Source of the DNA: Octopus bimaculoides
Taxonomy: Eukaryota
Direction: 5' to 3'
Length of the DNA stretch: 64,000 bases
NCBI RefSeq assembly: GCF_001194135.2
Contig: NC_068983.1
Coordinates: 102,806,692-102,870,691 of the forward strand
Part shown: positions 28,350-41,840 of the stretch, one piece after another
Numbering within the stretch: the stretch's first letter is position 1
How the letters are laid out: each line of letters begins with the position of its first letter
Notes under the pieces: model-generated
What the model was told of the DNA's origin: nothing
The model's input: only the letters and a program-made list of their open reading frames with translations
Database searches by the model: none
Made by a program: the position numbers and the translations under genes

Positions 28350-28922
28350 TATGGTGTTGGTCGTGATTATTTTAAATTACTTGTGAATTTTTGGTGGGGG
28401 CTTTTCAACGTGTGTCATTGATAAAAAGATTAGTTGCACACTTTGCTGCATGAGATAATTGCAGTAGCAAACAAGTGACTGACTGACGATTTGCCAGTAA
28501 GTACGGTAGTAATTAGTCTGATATGACTGAGTGATTACTCGCAAGAGAAACTACTGAAATATTTCATTTCTTGTTAAACATTTCTGGCAGAAGGCCAAGG
28601 CAACACTTCGTTTCTCTTTTTACCATATTTGGAAGTTGTTCAGTAAGATTTGAATTTACAAAGACACTGGTATTATTTGTGCAATACACTTTATTGGAAA
28701 CAAAATTATCATACATGACTTACAACTTCCAATTTATAAGGAAATGCGTTAATATTTTTAGTGTTTCTTTAATAGGTGCCACATAGTAAGAAGTTTACTC
28801 CACAACTACATGGTTGCAAGTTCAGTCCTACAGTATGACACCTTGAACAAATGTCTTCTACAACAGCCCTGGGTCAACCAAATCCTTGTGAATGAATCTG
28901 ATAGACAGAAACTGAAAGAAGC

Positions 28923-28963
<41 letters not shown>

Positions 28964-29683
28964 ATGCGTGCGTGCAAGTGTGGAAACACAATATGGCTGA
29001 CAAGAGAGTGAGATAAGTGAGTCAACAGGATCTGAGTTGTGAAAGGTTAAGACCAGCCAACTGTTGTTGAGCTCCTGGGCAGCTCTAACTGAGCAGCAGT
29101 CTAAGCATAACCATTGCCTTTTTTTATTACCATTTTTGGCTTATCTACAATTAAGTTATACAATATACCCATCTCATCTTTTTCTAAGTCAGTAAGTTTT
29201 GATTTGAAAGAGATTGGGTTGTTATTTGTAGCAGGTTAAGTGACTGCATAAAGCAGGCACAGGCAACCTCTTTGCAAGAAGCAGACCACATGAGATGTGA
29301 CTCATCATAAGGCAGGTTGCATTACTAAAAAGACTCAATGTAATTCTAATTCATAAATATTGTTTCTCATGTAGCTAGGTGTGCCAGTCAGAAAATCACA
29401 CAGGCCACAGTTTACACCTGACAGGCAATAGAGGCTCCATTGTTGGCTCAGATTTAAAAAATGTAAAAGATATGTTAAATATGTTAAAATATGTTTAAAA
29501 AATGAAAAAGATACATTAAATAAAGCATGGCCTTTTAGCATTTAAACCAGCCCTATCCAGCCAAAATATTCTTTTTGTTTTATGTTCAAACAGGCCAAAT
29601 ACAGTCTCTTGCACCTACCCTACAATGACAATGTCATGCTAAAAGTAAAAAATCTCAAAATCGAAATCTCAAAGCTACAAAAT

Positions 29684-29748
29684 ATGGTGTAGTGGTTAAG
29701 AGCGCGGGCTACTAACCCCAAGATTCCAAGTTCGATTCCAGGCAGTGA

Positions 29749-29787
<39 letters not shown>

Positions 29788-29978
29788 TAATAATAACAAC
29801 AACATTGAAAAATACCTTAGGAATGAGAACCCAGGTTTGAAATTTGCCCAAGATACCTGATGAAAGCTAGAGGGTATATCAGCCAAAATGTTGTGTTAAC
29901 AACAAACAAGATGAGGACAAATATCTGTCAAATTTAAATAATGTACATAATTCCTCATCTCTTCAATATAGAACTGAA
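29684..29978 (+). mobile_element. tRNA-headed SINE-like element with (AAT)n linker and hammerhead-bearing Penelope-like tail, nested in a MITE
   Basis: A box TGGTGTAGTGG (29685) and B box AGTTCGATTCC (29729), (AAT)n at 29753-29800, HHR remnant at 29852. The host MITE sequence resumes on both sides. Confidence 0.6.
29852..29897 (+). ncRNA. Decayed hammerhead motif in a Penelope-like pLTR tail
   Basis: GATAC-CTGATGA-A-AGCTAG...TCAGCC-AAAATGTT-GTGTT. Reverting three G>A and one C>T change restores GGCTG/CAGCC stem II and GAAACGTT. Stem I is GATAC/GTGTT. Confidence 0.5.
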
Positions 29979-31390
29979 TGTATGATTAATTCAAAACAAT
30001 GTGAATCAATAAGCTTTACATTTGACAAACTAATCTGTATGCTAAAGGGTAAAATCAACCCCTCTACCATTTCAGCCTGTGAAGGCACATGGCTAAGTGG
30101 TTAGAGTGTCAGGCTCACAATCTTGAAGTAGTGAGTTTGATTCCTGGACCAGACTGTGTGTTGTGTTCTTGAACAAGACACTTTATTTCATGTTATTCCA
30201 GTTTACTGATCTGTTGAAATGAGTTGCAATGTCACTGGTGCCAAGCTGGATCAGCCTTTTCCTTTCCTTTGGATAATATTGGTGATGTGGAGAGAGGAGA
30301 CTGATATGCATGGCGAGTGCAGGTCCTCCCATAAACAACTTTGCCCAGACTTGTGCCTCAGAGGGTAAGTTTCTAGGTGCAATCCAATGGTCATTCATGA
30401 CCAAAGGTGGTCTTTACCCTTTACCCATTTCAACCACCTCACCTCTTGGGTTACAAACAGTTACCAGTGGATATTCACCAGTATAGCTATGTAGCTTATG
30501 AAACATTATTTTCTGAGTTCATTATATCACTCTGTCAAACAGACTTGCTACACACTGTTGCTACACAATGCATTTCCTAGCATTGTCATAGTTTTCAAAT
30601 AATGCCACCCTGCTAGGCCGGCAAGTTAACATTCCCCCAGAACAGAACACAAATCCATCGCAGGGTTACCAATTTACAGCTGAGTGGGCTAGAGCAACAT
30701 TAAATAAAGTGTTTTGCTCAAGAACATGACCAACTACCATTGTGGAAATTAAAACCATGATCGTGCTATTGAATCAGCAATATCCTAACTGCTAAGCCAT
30801 GTGCCTTTCTAAATTAATAACCATAAAATCTAGACTGTTCTGTCTTATCACAGTCCAGTTCAATATTTTAGCTTATGTATTTTCTAAAACCATTTTCATT
30901 TGTAATGTTGTTGTCATCTTACAAAAAATTTAACTACATACATTTGGTGTGTATTCTAATGCAGAATAGCAAACATTTAATCATGGCAAGAACTAAAGTC
31001 TGTTACAGTTTCTATCCATAGTATACATTATTTTGTGAAATTTCCCAAATGGTGTCTCGTCCAGACTTTGTAGCAAAGACAGAAGACAGCAACCATTAAG
31101 CTCTCCATTGTCTTCAAATCCACACATAGCCAACTTAAGTCAATTTGACTTAAGCTTTTATATATGTGTATGCATCTCTTTCTCTCTTGTATACGCATAC
31201 ATGCATACAATGTGTGCATGTATGCATATATGTATATAAACTACTCTCTTTCATTCCCTCTCTAATGCTCTCACATACCTATACACAATCCAGACACTCA
31301 AATGTATCATATAGCTGTATGTCTACTCTCTCTCTCTCTCTCTCTGATATACACAAATGTGTGTAATGTATTATGTGTGTGCGTGTGTTG

Positions 31391-31464
<74 letters not shown>

Positions 31465-32393
31465 CTCTTTCACTTCTTTTATGCCCACACACACAATCTA
31501 TGCACATATATATTTTATATATGTATATATTCACTCTCTTCCCCCAATTCTCTCTCTCTCTCTATTCAATATCATTATTATTTAAATCAATGCGAGGCAC
31601 AACAATTCAGTGAAGAAGATATACTTCGTTATTTGCAGTATTATAGATATACTGTTATTGTTGTCATTGTTGCTGTTGCTATTATTGCTTCTAAGAGCTG
31701 TTAGACGAATTCATATCATGAGAAATGGAGATGGGGGGGGGGGGTTAGTTTAAATGTGAATCACGGCATTCCCTAGATAAAACAGAAAGAAGCCCCTATA
31801 CCACTTCACCAATTTCAACCGAGCTATATCAATACATATATATATACATGGTAAGGTTGTGGGTAAAAAGACAGGTGATCTGATAAGGACACTAAACACT
31901 ACACAATGTTGTCTTTACTATCATATAAGAAAATATCTATAAAAACATCTGGAGTTTTACAGCAAAATTCTTGCCTTTATAGTCACTTTACATGAAAGTA
32001 AAATAGAAATCCTTATTTCAAAAATATATTAATCATACCTTTTGCAATATTTGGCTTTCCTATGAAAATAAAATGAAGTCAGGAATATGGTGATAGCTGC
32101 TTAATGAAATAATGAGAAATGTAATTTCATTGTTTATTTTAGACTAGATTTAATTAACTGAATGTTACAAAATGTGGTAGACTTGCTAGAAACTGTAGCC
32201 AAATCTTCCTCAAATAAATAATACCCTATCTCAAGAATGCAGTGGTTAAAGTATTAAATACAATATGGCTATTAAAAAAATAATATGAGATGGGCATGAC
32301 TGGACAGTCCTTAACCATAGGCCTGCTGGATCATGACTGACATGGGTCTGTGTAGCATCAATCACAAAGTCAACTCTCCTTCAAATCATTATA

Positions 32394-32433
<40 letters not shown>

Positions 32434-32592
32434 AGTTTGTNNNNNNNNNNNNNNNNNNNNNNNNNNNNNNNNNNNNNNNNNNNNNNNNNNNNNNNNNNNN
32501 NNNNNNNNNNNNNNNNNNNNNNNNNNNNNNNNNNNNNNNNNNNNNNNNNNNNNNNNNNNNNNNNNNNNNNNNNNNNNNNNNNNNNNNNNNNN

Positions 32593-32636
<44 letters not shown>

Positions 32637-32640
32637 AGTT

Positions 32641-32683
<43 letters not shown>

Positions 32684-33673
32684 ATGTTCCTTATGCATTT
32701 GAAAACTGAGTTGCCGATTTTGACCTATGGAGTACCAAAAGACTCAGTAATTTTTTGGCTACCAAATAAACTTTATTTTCCTTTACATATTTTCTCCATT
32801 ATCTCAAGAACCAGCTATAGTTATTTGAAATACACTGCTCTACGATGACCATGTTTCATTAGAAAGGGAAAATAGTTTCACACTTTCAATTTGAACCAAA
32901 ATTACTAAGTGTTGCATTACGAGAGTGACAATATGTAAATAATGAAAGTAACATTTCTCTGAATTAGTCACATTTGTACTATAACAAAGAAAGCTGCTTA
33001 TCTATCTACCAAATAAACTAGGTTTCTGGCACAACAACTAATTTTCACTACTGAAATAATCTCAGAAACAAGGTCAGGTCACACAATTTTGAGGTCATTT
33101 TCAGGCAGTATTTCGATCTGCTTCTAATGTTTAACTTCTGTCTGATGCATAGAATTCTACTCAGACAAACATTTATGAAAATGTATATATAAATATTGTA
33201 TTAAAATAAACCACAGCCAAACAAATTTCATTAAAAGACATCCATTTCTCTATATGTTATGAGGAAATACAGTCACTCACTCTTTCTCTCTCTCTCTCAC
33301 ATGCACACATATAAAAAAGATATATACATATGTATTTATGTACATGTATATGAAAGATAATGTGTGTAAGAGAGATTAAGTGAGTGCCACTTACACATAC
33401 ATGCAAAAAAATACATATATGATAATACACAGCTTCTCATGTACACATACATGTCCATTTCATGTACATACATCTTTCACTTTCTGCTCTCACTTCAAAG
33501 TAAAAGTCACCTTTTCACTTTTTCCTCTCTTTCAATTTCTGTTCCCTTCATAGCTGGTGCCAAGCTGGATGCCAATTAATGAACAATCCTATGATCACAT
33601 ATGATCAACCATATGACTGAGTTTACAACTTTGCTGCTTCAAATGAAAGAATGCCATAAAATAACTTCCTTTG

Positions 33674-33707
<34 letters not shown>

Positions 33708-34339
33708 TAAAACTTATGTATGAATTAGATTATTTTTGGTTGTGTGCACATGCAAAATTACGGCTCAAATCCAATTGAAATGACCTTTTTCTATTCTGTA
33801 ATTTGTATTTGTGATGAGTGTATTTAAAAACTTGGTCTTTGATATAAACTTAAAAGAGAGTTTTCCCAGAAATCCTGTTCATTACCTATTGTTTCTAGCA
33901 TGCCTGAGGTGACATTTGCACCCACCCCCACCGCACTTATTTTCTTCTTAAATTTCTTCCGATTNNNNNNNNNNNNNNNNNNNNNNNNNNNNNNNNNNNN
34001 NNNNNNNNNNNNNNNNNNNNNNNNNNNNNNNNNNNNNNNNNNNNNNNNNNNNNNNNNNNNNNNNNNNNNNNNNNNNNNNNNNNNNNNNNNNNNNNNNNNN
34101 NNNNNNNNNNNNNNNNNNNNNNNNNNNNNNNNNNNNNNNNNNNNNNNNNNNNNNNNNNNNNNNNNNNNNNNNNNNNNNNNNNNNNNNNNNNNNNNNNNNN
34201 NNNNNNNNNNNNNNNNNNNNNNNNNNNNNNNNNNNNNNNNNNNNNNNNNNNNNNNNNNNNNNNNNNNNNNNNNNNNNNNNNNNNNNNNNNNNNNNNNNNN
34301 NNNNNNNNNNNNNNNNNNNNNNNNNNNNNNNNNNNNNNA

Positions 34340-36200
34340 ATAATGTTGTTTAGCTGTCGTTTCTGGCATGCTGGGGTTTTCTGGTGGTGATCTGGTATTT
34401 TTTATGTCTGCTATTTCAGTACAATTCTATGCATGCATGAAACATCAGACGAATTGGGAGATTTTAGCTTCTTGAAAGTGAGTAGGCGATGAGTGGGCGA
34501 GGTGGGGGAAGGGGCATTGAGTGTTTCTTTAAGAAAAAAATACATATTTCCCAAATTCGTAATCTCTGTAATTTTCTACATGGATAAAAAAAAAAAATCC
34601 AAAAAAGTTACAAATTAAGAAACTGCAGTGAGGATGAGTGGAAATGAAAATTTTAAAAACGTGATTTCTGGGCAAAATCGTATTAACCCCCTTTTATGCG
34701 ATGAAACAATACATAGTTTGTGATCCTACTTAAGAACAGAAAACCCTTTCATGCAAACCCATACAAATTGTACCCTCCTCCCCTTCACTTTTAAACAAAC
34801 AACTTCCATTACGCCAGTAATCCAGTTCACTATGTATCAGCTGTGCCGATTCTGCCCATATGAAAGGAAGAAATAATACAATGTGGCTGTAGATCATAAT
34901 ACCTGGGCAACGCCAGAATGCATTACAAGTATATTATATATTTGTATGTATGTATATATCTATACATCCATTGAAAAACATACTGAATAAAGTAGCCCTA
35001 GATACACTTGAGAAAATAAGGGCTAGTGGTATTCAATAGATTATTGGCATTCTTTTCTTTGGGGTTAAAACGAAAGAATGCCAAATTATTTCCATGTCAT
35101 TCTGATCGAAATCTTACTATAATGGGCGTTATGTCTGTCTGTTTCCTCTTCACAGTCAAACAGCTGAACCGATGATCACGATGTTTGTCGGGATTACGAA
35201 GGAAGTAACGAGGAAAGTTTTTAGCGAAAATAGTGAAAAAGTATGATTATTTAGTGGATATTGAGTTTTGTATTAATGAATTACCTTTGATTTTTTTTTG
35301 TTAAACTTCCAGTGACGAGGATTAACTTTGGATTCTCTCACACTCCACTATATAGTTCGTGAATTTAGAGGGTTTAGATTTGCAATACTATCCCTCTATT
35401 TCCCATCGTAGATGGGCAGATTTGCTATCTTCCTATAATGGGCGTTATGGCCGTCTGTCTGTCTCTTTGTCTGTTACCTCTTCACAGCCAAACGGTTGGA
35501 CCTGTAGTGACACCTTATAGCAGACGACTGTTATATGTTCAATGTCCGGAGTTTTATCCACGCATGCGCAGGGACTAGTTCCGGAAGGAATACAGGAAGT
35601 CTCATGCGCATGCATAGAGTTCAACACCCATCTTTGGCGCCTTTTCTCAGTCTCTTCGTTGACTGATCTCCGTCGAGCCAAGACGTCCAACAGAGCTCTC
35701 TCACATGTCAGCACCAGAGCTTCACAAATAACCACGGAAATCATTCAGAAGGCGTCTCAGTAACCGAGGGCGACGAGCTACCGAATTCCCTCCAAGCGTG
35801 AACTGAATTCCACTGTAAATAAATATTGTTATGTTGTTCAGAATCTGCGTTCCGTTGTTTCTTCTAGAAATTTAATGTACGGAAGCGGTGTACACCTAAT
35901 GGTGTATAACCACTTTCCTACAGACCAATGGTTACGATATTTTTCGGGATAACAAAGACAGTCGTCAGGAAGGTTTTTAGCATTAAAAAATCAGAAAGTA
36001 TGATTATTTCATGGATATCGATTTTTGAATCATAAACCACCTTTGCATTTTTATCAAAAATTCACTGACCACGAATAACTCTGAATTTTCAATGTATAGT
36101 TCGTAGCTCCATCGCAGATATGAAGGGGGTCGCGAGGACGGTTAATAGCGAAAATAAAATGGAAAAAGTGTGTGATAGAATATAGTGTGATTATTCAGTG
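34340..36200 (+). mobile_element. Helitron/Helentron-like non-autonomous debris with ~320-bp tandem units (35118-35437, 35438-36110)
   Basis: Degenerate Helitron-type end cctgggcaacgccag..caagt at ~34903-34930. Tandem units carry (CTGT)n followed by aaac(a/g)g(c/t)tg(a/g)acc, as in DINE/HINE-type elements. Confidence 0.45.
35503..35922 (+). mobile_element. Solo LTR (420 bp), Gypsy-like
   Basis: Termini TGTAG...CTACA, 4-bp TSD GACC (35499-35502 and 35923-35926), AATAAA at ~35818. It interrupts one unit of a tandem repeat whose uninterrupted neighbour confirms the insertion point. Confidence 0.85.
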
Positions 36201-38350
36201 GTTACTGAAGTGTGTCATGTCAGTCTCGAGCAGGATTCGAAAAAGTTAATCGAAACGGCTGTTATTTACATCTCAGTTTTGTCAATCAAAATAACCCATA
36301 CTACCAAAACATCCAGATATTATTCTCATAGCCTTAGTTTGATTTTTTGCAACCCTAAAGATTCCGTTCGCGCATTCACAACAAACAAGGCACAGGGCCA
36401 GATGTATTTTTACCCACTCCGATGTTTACACACGGCCAGTTATACGTCACTTATGAGTAGAACAACGGACTCCAGAATTAGTGTCAACCAAACAGAAAAT
36501 ATCGCTTACAAAGAAGTTTTGTAATCATATTGATTTAAATAAGGAAATTTGTGAGCTTTGAATGTATAAGAGTATAAACAAGCGTAAAATAGTGTAAGCA
36601 ACTAAAATAAAAGTACATCTTAAATAACACTCTTTTTTAAATACTTTTTATTTAGTGGTCGAAAGAAGCTCTGGCTTTCGTGAGGAGTGCTCTACGTAAC
36701 CATTCATGAGAACCTATTTCAATTCGGGATTGAATCATCACATGTCACTTGGTTGCAAATACGTTATATAGCTGCTGTAGGATGGTGTATTACCAACAAT
36801 AATGTGATTTCTCTAAGACATCACCCAGCAATCTATCAAGTCCATTTACACATTTCTCAATACATACTGCTGATATGACTTCCCCACCCCCTCATTTTAT
36901 GCTTCCATCGTTGATGAGTAGATTTGCTAGTAATAAAAAACGTGATAAATCAGGGTTGACAATTGATTTTCATGATTTAAATCACTGACCTCTTCGTGAA
37001 ATTGTTGATAACTTATCGCCCCCACATCACGTGAATTTGTACAATAAATTAAAAAGTATAATCAATAAAAATTCTTTCGTTCTTTTGTGTCATTATTGCT
37101 CATTAATAAATATTTTAAGAAATTTGGTGAAAATACTTAACGAAATTGTTAGAGATCAATAAAAATTCAGTCGTATTATACCGATATAGTCGAAATATTT
37201 AATGTGAAATATGTGTTTGGTGAATATTATTGCATCGATATTTGGTTGGAAAATTGTGAGTTTTAGCCTTAAATTACTGCGCTCATCCAAATTCAGTTCA
37301 CTAATAATTCAGTACCACTAATGCTGTCAATCATTTCAAGTGCTTATCGACCCTTTGGATAGAGCCCCAGTGGATCAATGTCGACCACTTTGCCGACGCC
37401 TAGTTAAAATAGTTAAAACAAAGGAAATAGGATGTCAGAACAAAATAGTCAATTATATATTTCCACTCCTTCGCTTATCGTTTCTTGTTACGTCTAATAA
37501 TTATGAATTTTATATGTGGTAATATTTAGCTCGATCACAATGTAATGAATATATATATATATACACATGACAGAGAAAAAAATGCAACTAACATGACTTA
37601 AAGGATAAAATTAACAAAGTTATAGATGCGTATGTCCTTATGTACGTGTCTAGAAATAGGTGCATGAGAAAATATGTATATGCAGTTTGTATACGTGTAC
37701 AGATAATGCTGAAGTACTGTTTCAAGTTGAATTGTCTCTACAATCTCGTCTGAGACGAGGAACAAAGAAAAATGCCCATGCTTCAAACATATTTTCAAAT
37801 CTAAATGTTAAATGGGAATAAAATAAGTGTAAATCTTCAGACTGGTTATCAACTAATGTCCAAATCGATAAACATGATTTTGTGGAGAAATATCTTCAAC
37901 AAAACCCCCATATTTATTATCTATCACTTTGATGTGGAAACGTTATTATAGTGATTGACAGAATCGCCTATAAGCGTGTTATGTTTCGTTTGTGGAATAG
38001 ATTTGTGTTGAATGTCGGAGAGAAGTGTGTGAATAAAATAGAATGGGAGTAATAAAATTAGTATGTGTACATAGTTTGTGTAAATATTCACAATTACATA
38101 TGAATGTATGCTTAATATGAACGATTGCATACATATGCATGTATGTGAAATCTAGTCGATATAAATTACAGAAATCACAGAAACAACTTGTTGAAGTGAC
38201 AAGATTAAACAGAAAAATAGGTCTCACCATTATGTATCAGTAACAAATAGCGACCATAGATCGATCTAATACATTTTTATCAGAAATTTTCTAAGCAGTT
38301 TCAGTGTCCTAACGCACAGACTGTTATATATATATATATATATATATATA

Positions 38351-38699
38351 TTGCATTTCTAAATTTCTTGGAGAGATTTATACAGTAGTAGCACGATAAA
38401 GTCATGCTATGTTGCCAATTTAATGTGGCAGTCCCATGAAAGGGAAGAATGCTACTGCTATTTAGCCCTAGGAAACACCGTTTCCAGTTGGCCATAACAC
38501 ATTTTCTGTGTCCTTATGTTTTCAAAGGGGAGATAAACATCTATATGTTTTCAATGGTGAATAAGCATCGACAGCTAACAAGCCATGCTACTCCAGACTG
38601 ATGATGAGTAATGACTCTGAAACTAGTCTCTGGATGCTGGCTTTGCTGGGTGGAGGTGCTTATCTCCCCTTTGAAAACATAAGGACATAGAAAATGTGT
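38351..38699 (+). mobile_element. Small element between (TA)n tracts with 45-bp inverted repeats enclosing a hammerhead; probable Penelope-like derivative
   Basis: Arms 38497-38541 and 38655-38699 are 42/45 reverse-complementary, with the HHR at 38592-38634 between them. (TA)n lies on both sides. Confidence 0.55.
38592..38634 (+). ncRNA. Minimal type-I hammerhead ribozyme motif
   Basis: TCCAGA-CTGATGA-T-GAGT(AATG)ACTC-T-GAAA-CTAG-TC-TCTGGA. Stem I is a perfect 6 bp, stem II a 4-bp hairpin, the core is intact, stem III is palindromic (ACTAGT), and the triplet is GUC (cleavage predicted after 38628). Position 10.1/11.1 is U.U rather than G-C. Confidence 0.75.
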
Positions 38700-39609
38700 T
38701 TATATATANNNNNNNNNNNNNNNNNNNNNNNNNNNNNNNNNNNNNNNNNNNNNNNNNNNNNNNNNNNNNNNNNNNNNNNNNNNNNNNNNNNNNNNNNNNN
38801 NNNNNNNNNNNNNNNNNNNNNNNNNNNNNNNNNNNNNNNNNNNNNNNNNNNNNNNNNNNNNNNNNNCATTATTAAATACAGAAACTTGTAATATTTTTTA
38901 TTATTTTGGCATACCTACACAAGTAACCGATTATTTTATTCGTTAATACAATTTACCACAAGAAATCTACAAAAGCAAATGGACAATAATCAAAATTAGT
39001 TAAATACACGACCTCACTTACACACTACACAGAAAATACGGGTATTTTTCTTCTAGAACCAATTTAACGGCCCAAAATACTTGTAAACATTCTACATAGC
39101 TTAATATTCCGGGTGCAGCTCCCACGAACGTCTCAAACGTCGAGGATTAAAAAATCATTTGGCTCTGGACACTGTCTTCACTTTTGAGGTTTTAATTCTA
39201 AGTAGCCAGACAACGCTTCTTTTGAACTTGTCACCTCCTGTAACACGCATACATTTCACGTAAATATTGCTATGTTACTTTATTTCAATATCTTGAAATT
39301 GTTTTAGTTACGAAAATATATTTATTCAAATGAAAAATCTTCAATTATTTTGGAACCCAAAACCCAAATTTACGGTTTCTAGAATTTGAGAGCAAAATCT
39401 GAACGCAATAACGCGTGCGCGCACGGTGACTGTTGTACCGTGGTATGAATACTGGGTGGGGATATAAACGCTAGGTGCTGGCGTTTATTTAGGAAGTGGG
39501 TACGTTTATTCACCATCATGATTATGGTTGATATTTCATAACAGCCCATTTTCACTCTTGTTAAATACCTTAACGTTCCATATTCCAACACCATTTATGT
39601 CATATCGTT

Positions 39610-40290
39610 AATGACTCCATGAATAAAGTTGGAAAATAGATCCTAATGGAGACATGCACATTTCATCTCCTTCGGCTGCAAAACACATTTGCACATATCA
39701 AGAGAACAGTAGACGTATATGGAACCATCGCGATCGCTACAATTGCTTCAATCACTGAGCATCTCTCCGAACGAACATCCTATTCCTTAACAGGCAAAGG
39801 ATGCATCTCAAAAACTGGCCCTTATCTTCATCCTTCCACAATAATTGACCCTTTGCAAAGCCCAGGGGACCTACAATGAAGTACTGCTCTAACAAGCATC
39901 TTCGACCGCATCCCGAAAAAGGCTAATTCAACTAATTGGTTCGAAGTCATTTACAAACATACTCCAACCAACCTTGGTCTATAGACATATTGGTTCCTCT
40001 CTTCTTTTCTCTCTCACTTTGCCTCTCCTACTGACAGTAAGGAGATCCCAACTCCTAGGAAATGGATGGTCTCCTATCACTGCCTCTCGGGTATTCTCGC
40101 CTCATTCGTCTCTCCTCAATTCGTCCAATTCTACTAGAATCCGAACAAACTATTCTTTCCAATTCTTTCTTCCTAGAACGTCCTTCTGAAATTCCATCTC
40201 TGCACATGCCTATCCTGCATCCGTTGACTTCCAAATGTTCAAGACGACCCCATATGGACACAATCTCTTCCTCCAGAACCAAATTAATAA
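39610..40290 (+). mobile_element. L2/CR1-group LINE 3' fragment
   Basis: Frameshifted ...IRTNYS..FFLPRT..NS..AHAYPASVDFQMFKTT C-terminal motif followed by an A-rich end. Confidence 0.65.
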
Positions 40291-41554
40291 AATAATTTTA
40301 AATACTAATATCATTTTACTTGCAGACGATTGTTTAATGTTCTACTGCAATCAAACTCTTTATTACTCATATTTCTTGGCACAATTAAGGTGTGTGTGTG
40401 CGTGTGTTGTGTGTGTGTTTCTTGTGCAATTCTTTTGTTGTTCATATACATTACTGTTAGAATTTTGTGTTCATTTTCTTTGTCGCTCAAGACGGATGTC
40501 AATGCATCAGATTGCTCACAATCTGTTATTTTTGCTACTAATTTAAATTATAAACAATCTAATACAATTACACCTTATTTTACGACAGCAAAAACAATTC
40601 TTAATGGCGTAAATATATCCCCAAAGACAAAGTTGGTCGCAACACAAAGTAAAAACAAACGAAACATGAGTAAATATTTCTGCAGCCACCAGAGATGCAA
40701 CAACTATAAGTTTGACAAAGAGAAAGTTGAATGCTATTTTCAAAGATCACCATATCTAGCTGTTTCAGTTATCAAGATGTCAGTAGAAAAAACTAATTAA
40801 AACCAATTAGATATTATAAATTCTGTAAAATTAATGACATCATAAACTAAATTAGTGAGTAATAAATTATTTAAATCTGTAGCAGCATAAAAGTAAATAA
40901 AAATTTTATAACGATTGGTGACTGACCATTTATTGTATAATAGCTAGTATAAACATCATTATAATCATAATTAGCGACCTTCAAGAATCGACAAGTAGAA
41001 AGTGAAAGTCTTTTCAATTAAACACTTCTGTTAATTAATGATTACGTCGTTGGATAATTTTATTTTCTATTGTAGAATAAACGGAAACTCCTTAATGTTT
41101 TTATCGCATCTTCGAATTTCATACAGATAGTATCAATCATGATAATGTTACTGAATTCCCATCGTAAAAGGAAAAAAAAATAAGGGCCATCAATTCTAGT
41201 ACTGGTTCGAGTTTTCAACAGCAACAGCATTACAGAACTAAGATTCTTTTCTAAATCATATGAACAGGAGATATCTGTATAGCAAAATGTCAGTATTAGA
41301 AAACTAAATTATTTATTGAAAACATGACCATTATTCATTCAATTTCCAAGTAAAAGGCCATTTTCAATATGTCGATTCTTAAAGTCCGCCCCATAATTAA
41401 TTAAACCATGTAATCAATTATTCATGTATGAATTGGTATAAAAAAAAATTCCTTAATTTAGCAATCTCTGTATTATACTTAAGGCAAATTAATCAATTGA
41501 AAGCCTAATTCGACCTGAAATAATGTTTCTCGTGATGTAATGTTAAAAACACAC

Positions 41555-41840
41555 GAAAGAAATCGTCCAGCAGCTAAATTCGCATTTCTGCCTCTTTGGG
41601 CTTCGCCAGTCGCAAATATCCACTACTATTTTTAAATAATTCTGCTGTAACGAATTTATATACAACCTGTCGGCTAACTGCGACATCAGTGATTTTTCAA
41701 TCACTGTCTTACTATATCAGTAACGGCAGATTTTGTCTTAGCATGTAATTACCAGTGGATACTTGCTGCTGACGAAGCTCACCAGACAGAAACGTGATTT
41801 TAGCAATGCTACCACCACTATTGGGTGACTTTCGTCTGCG
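41555..41840 (+). mobile_element. Second copy of the IR-bounded family, with a CTGACGA...GAAACGT hammerhead-like remnant at 41769-41795
   Basis: Shares gaaatcgtc(c/t)agcagc, catttctgcctc.ttgg and cacc.ct.ttggg.ga.tttcgtctgc with 57037-57228. Confidence 0.5.

Larger units (their letters stand above)
29531..30049 (-). mobile_element. piggyBac-like MITE interrupted by the tRNA/hammerhead element
   Basis: IRs ccttttagcat / rc ccctttagcat. Both halves align in reverse to 9048-9267. Confidence 0.6.

Noticed and set aside
29684-29752. SINE heads (here and at 11376, 16960, 57322, 61262) as functional tRNA genes
   Set aside because: They have A and B boxes but no complete acceptor stem, and they continue into repeat bodies.
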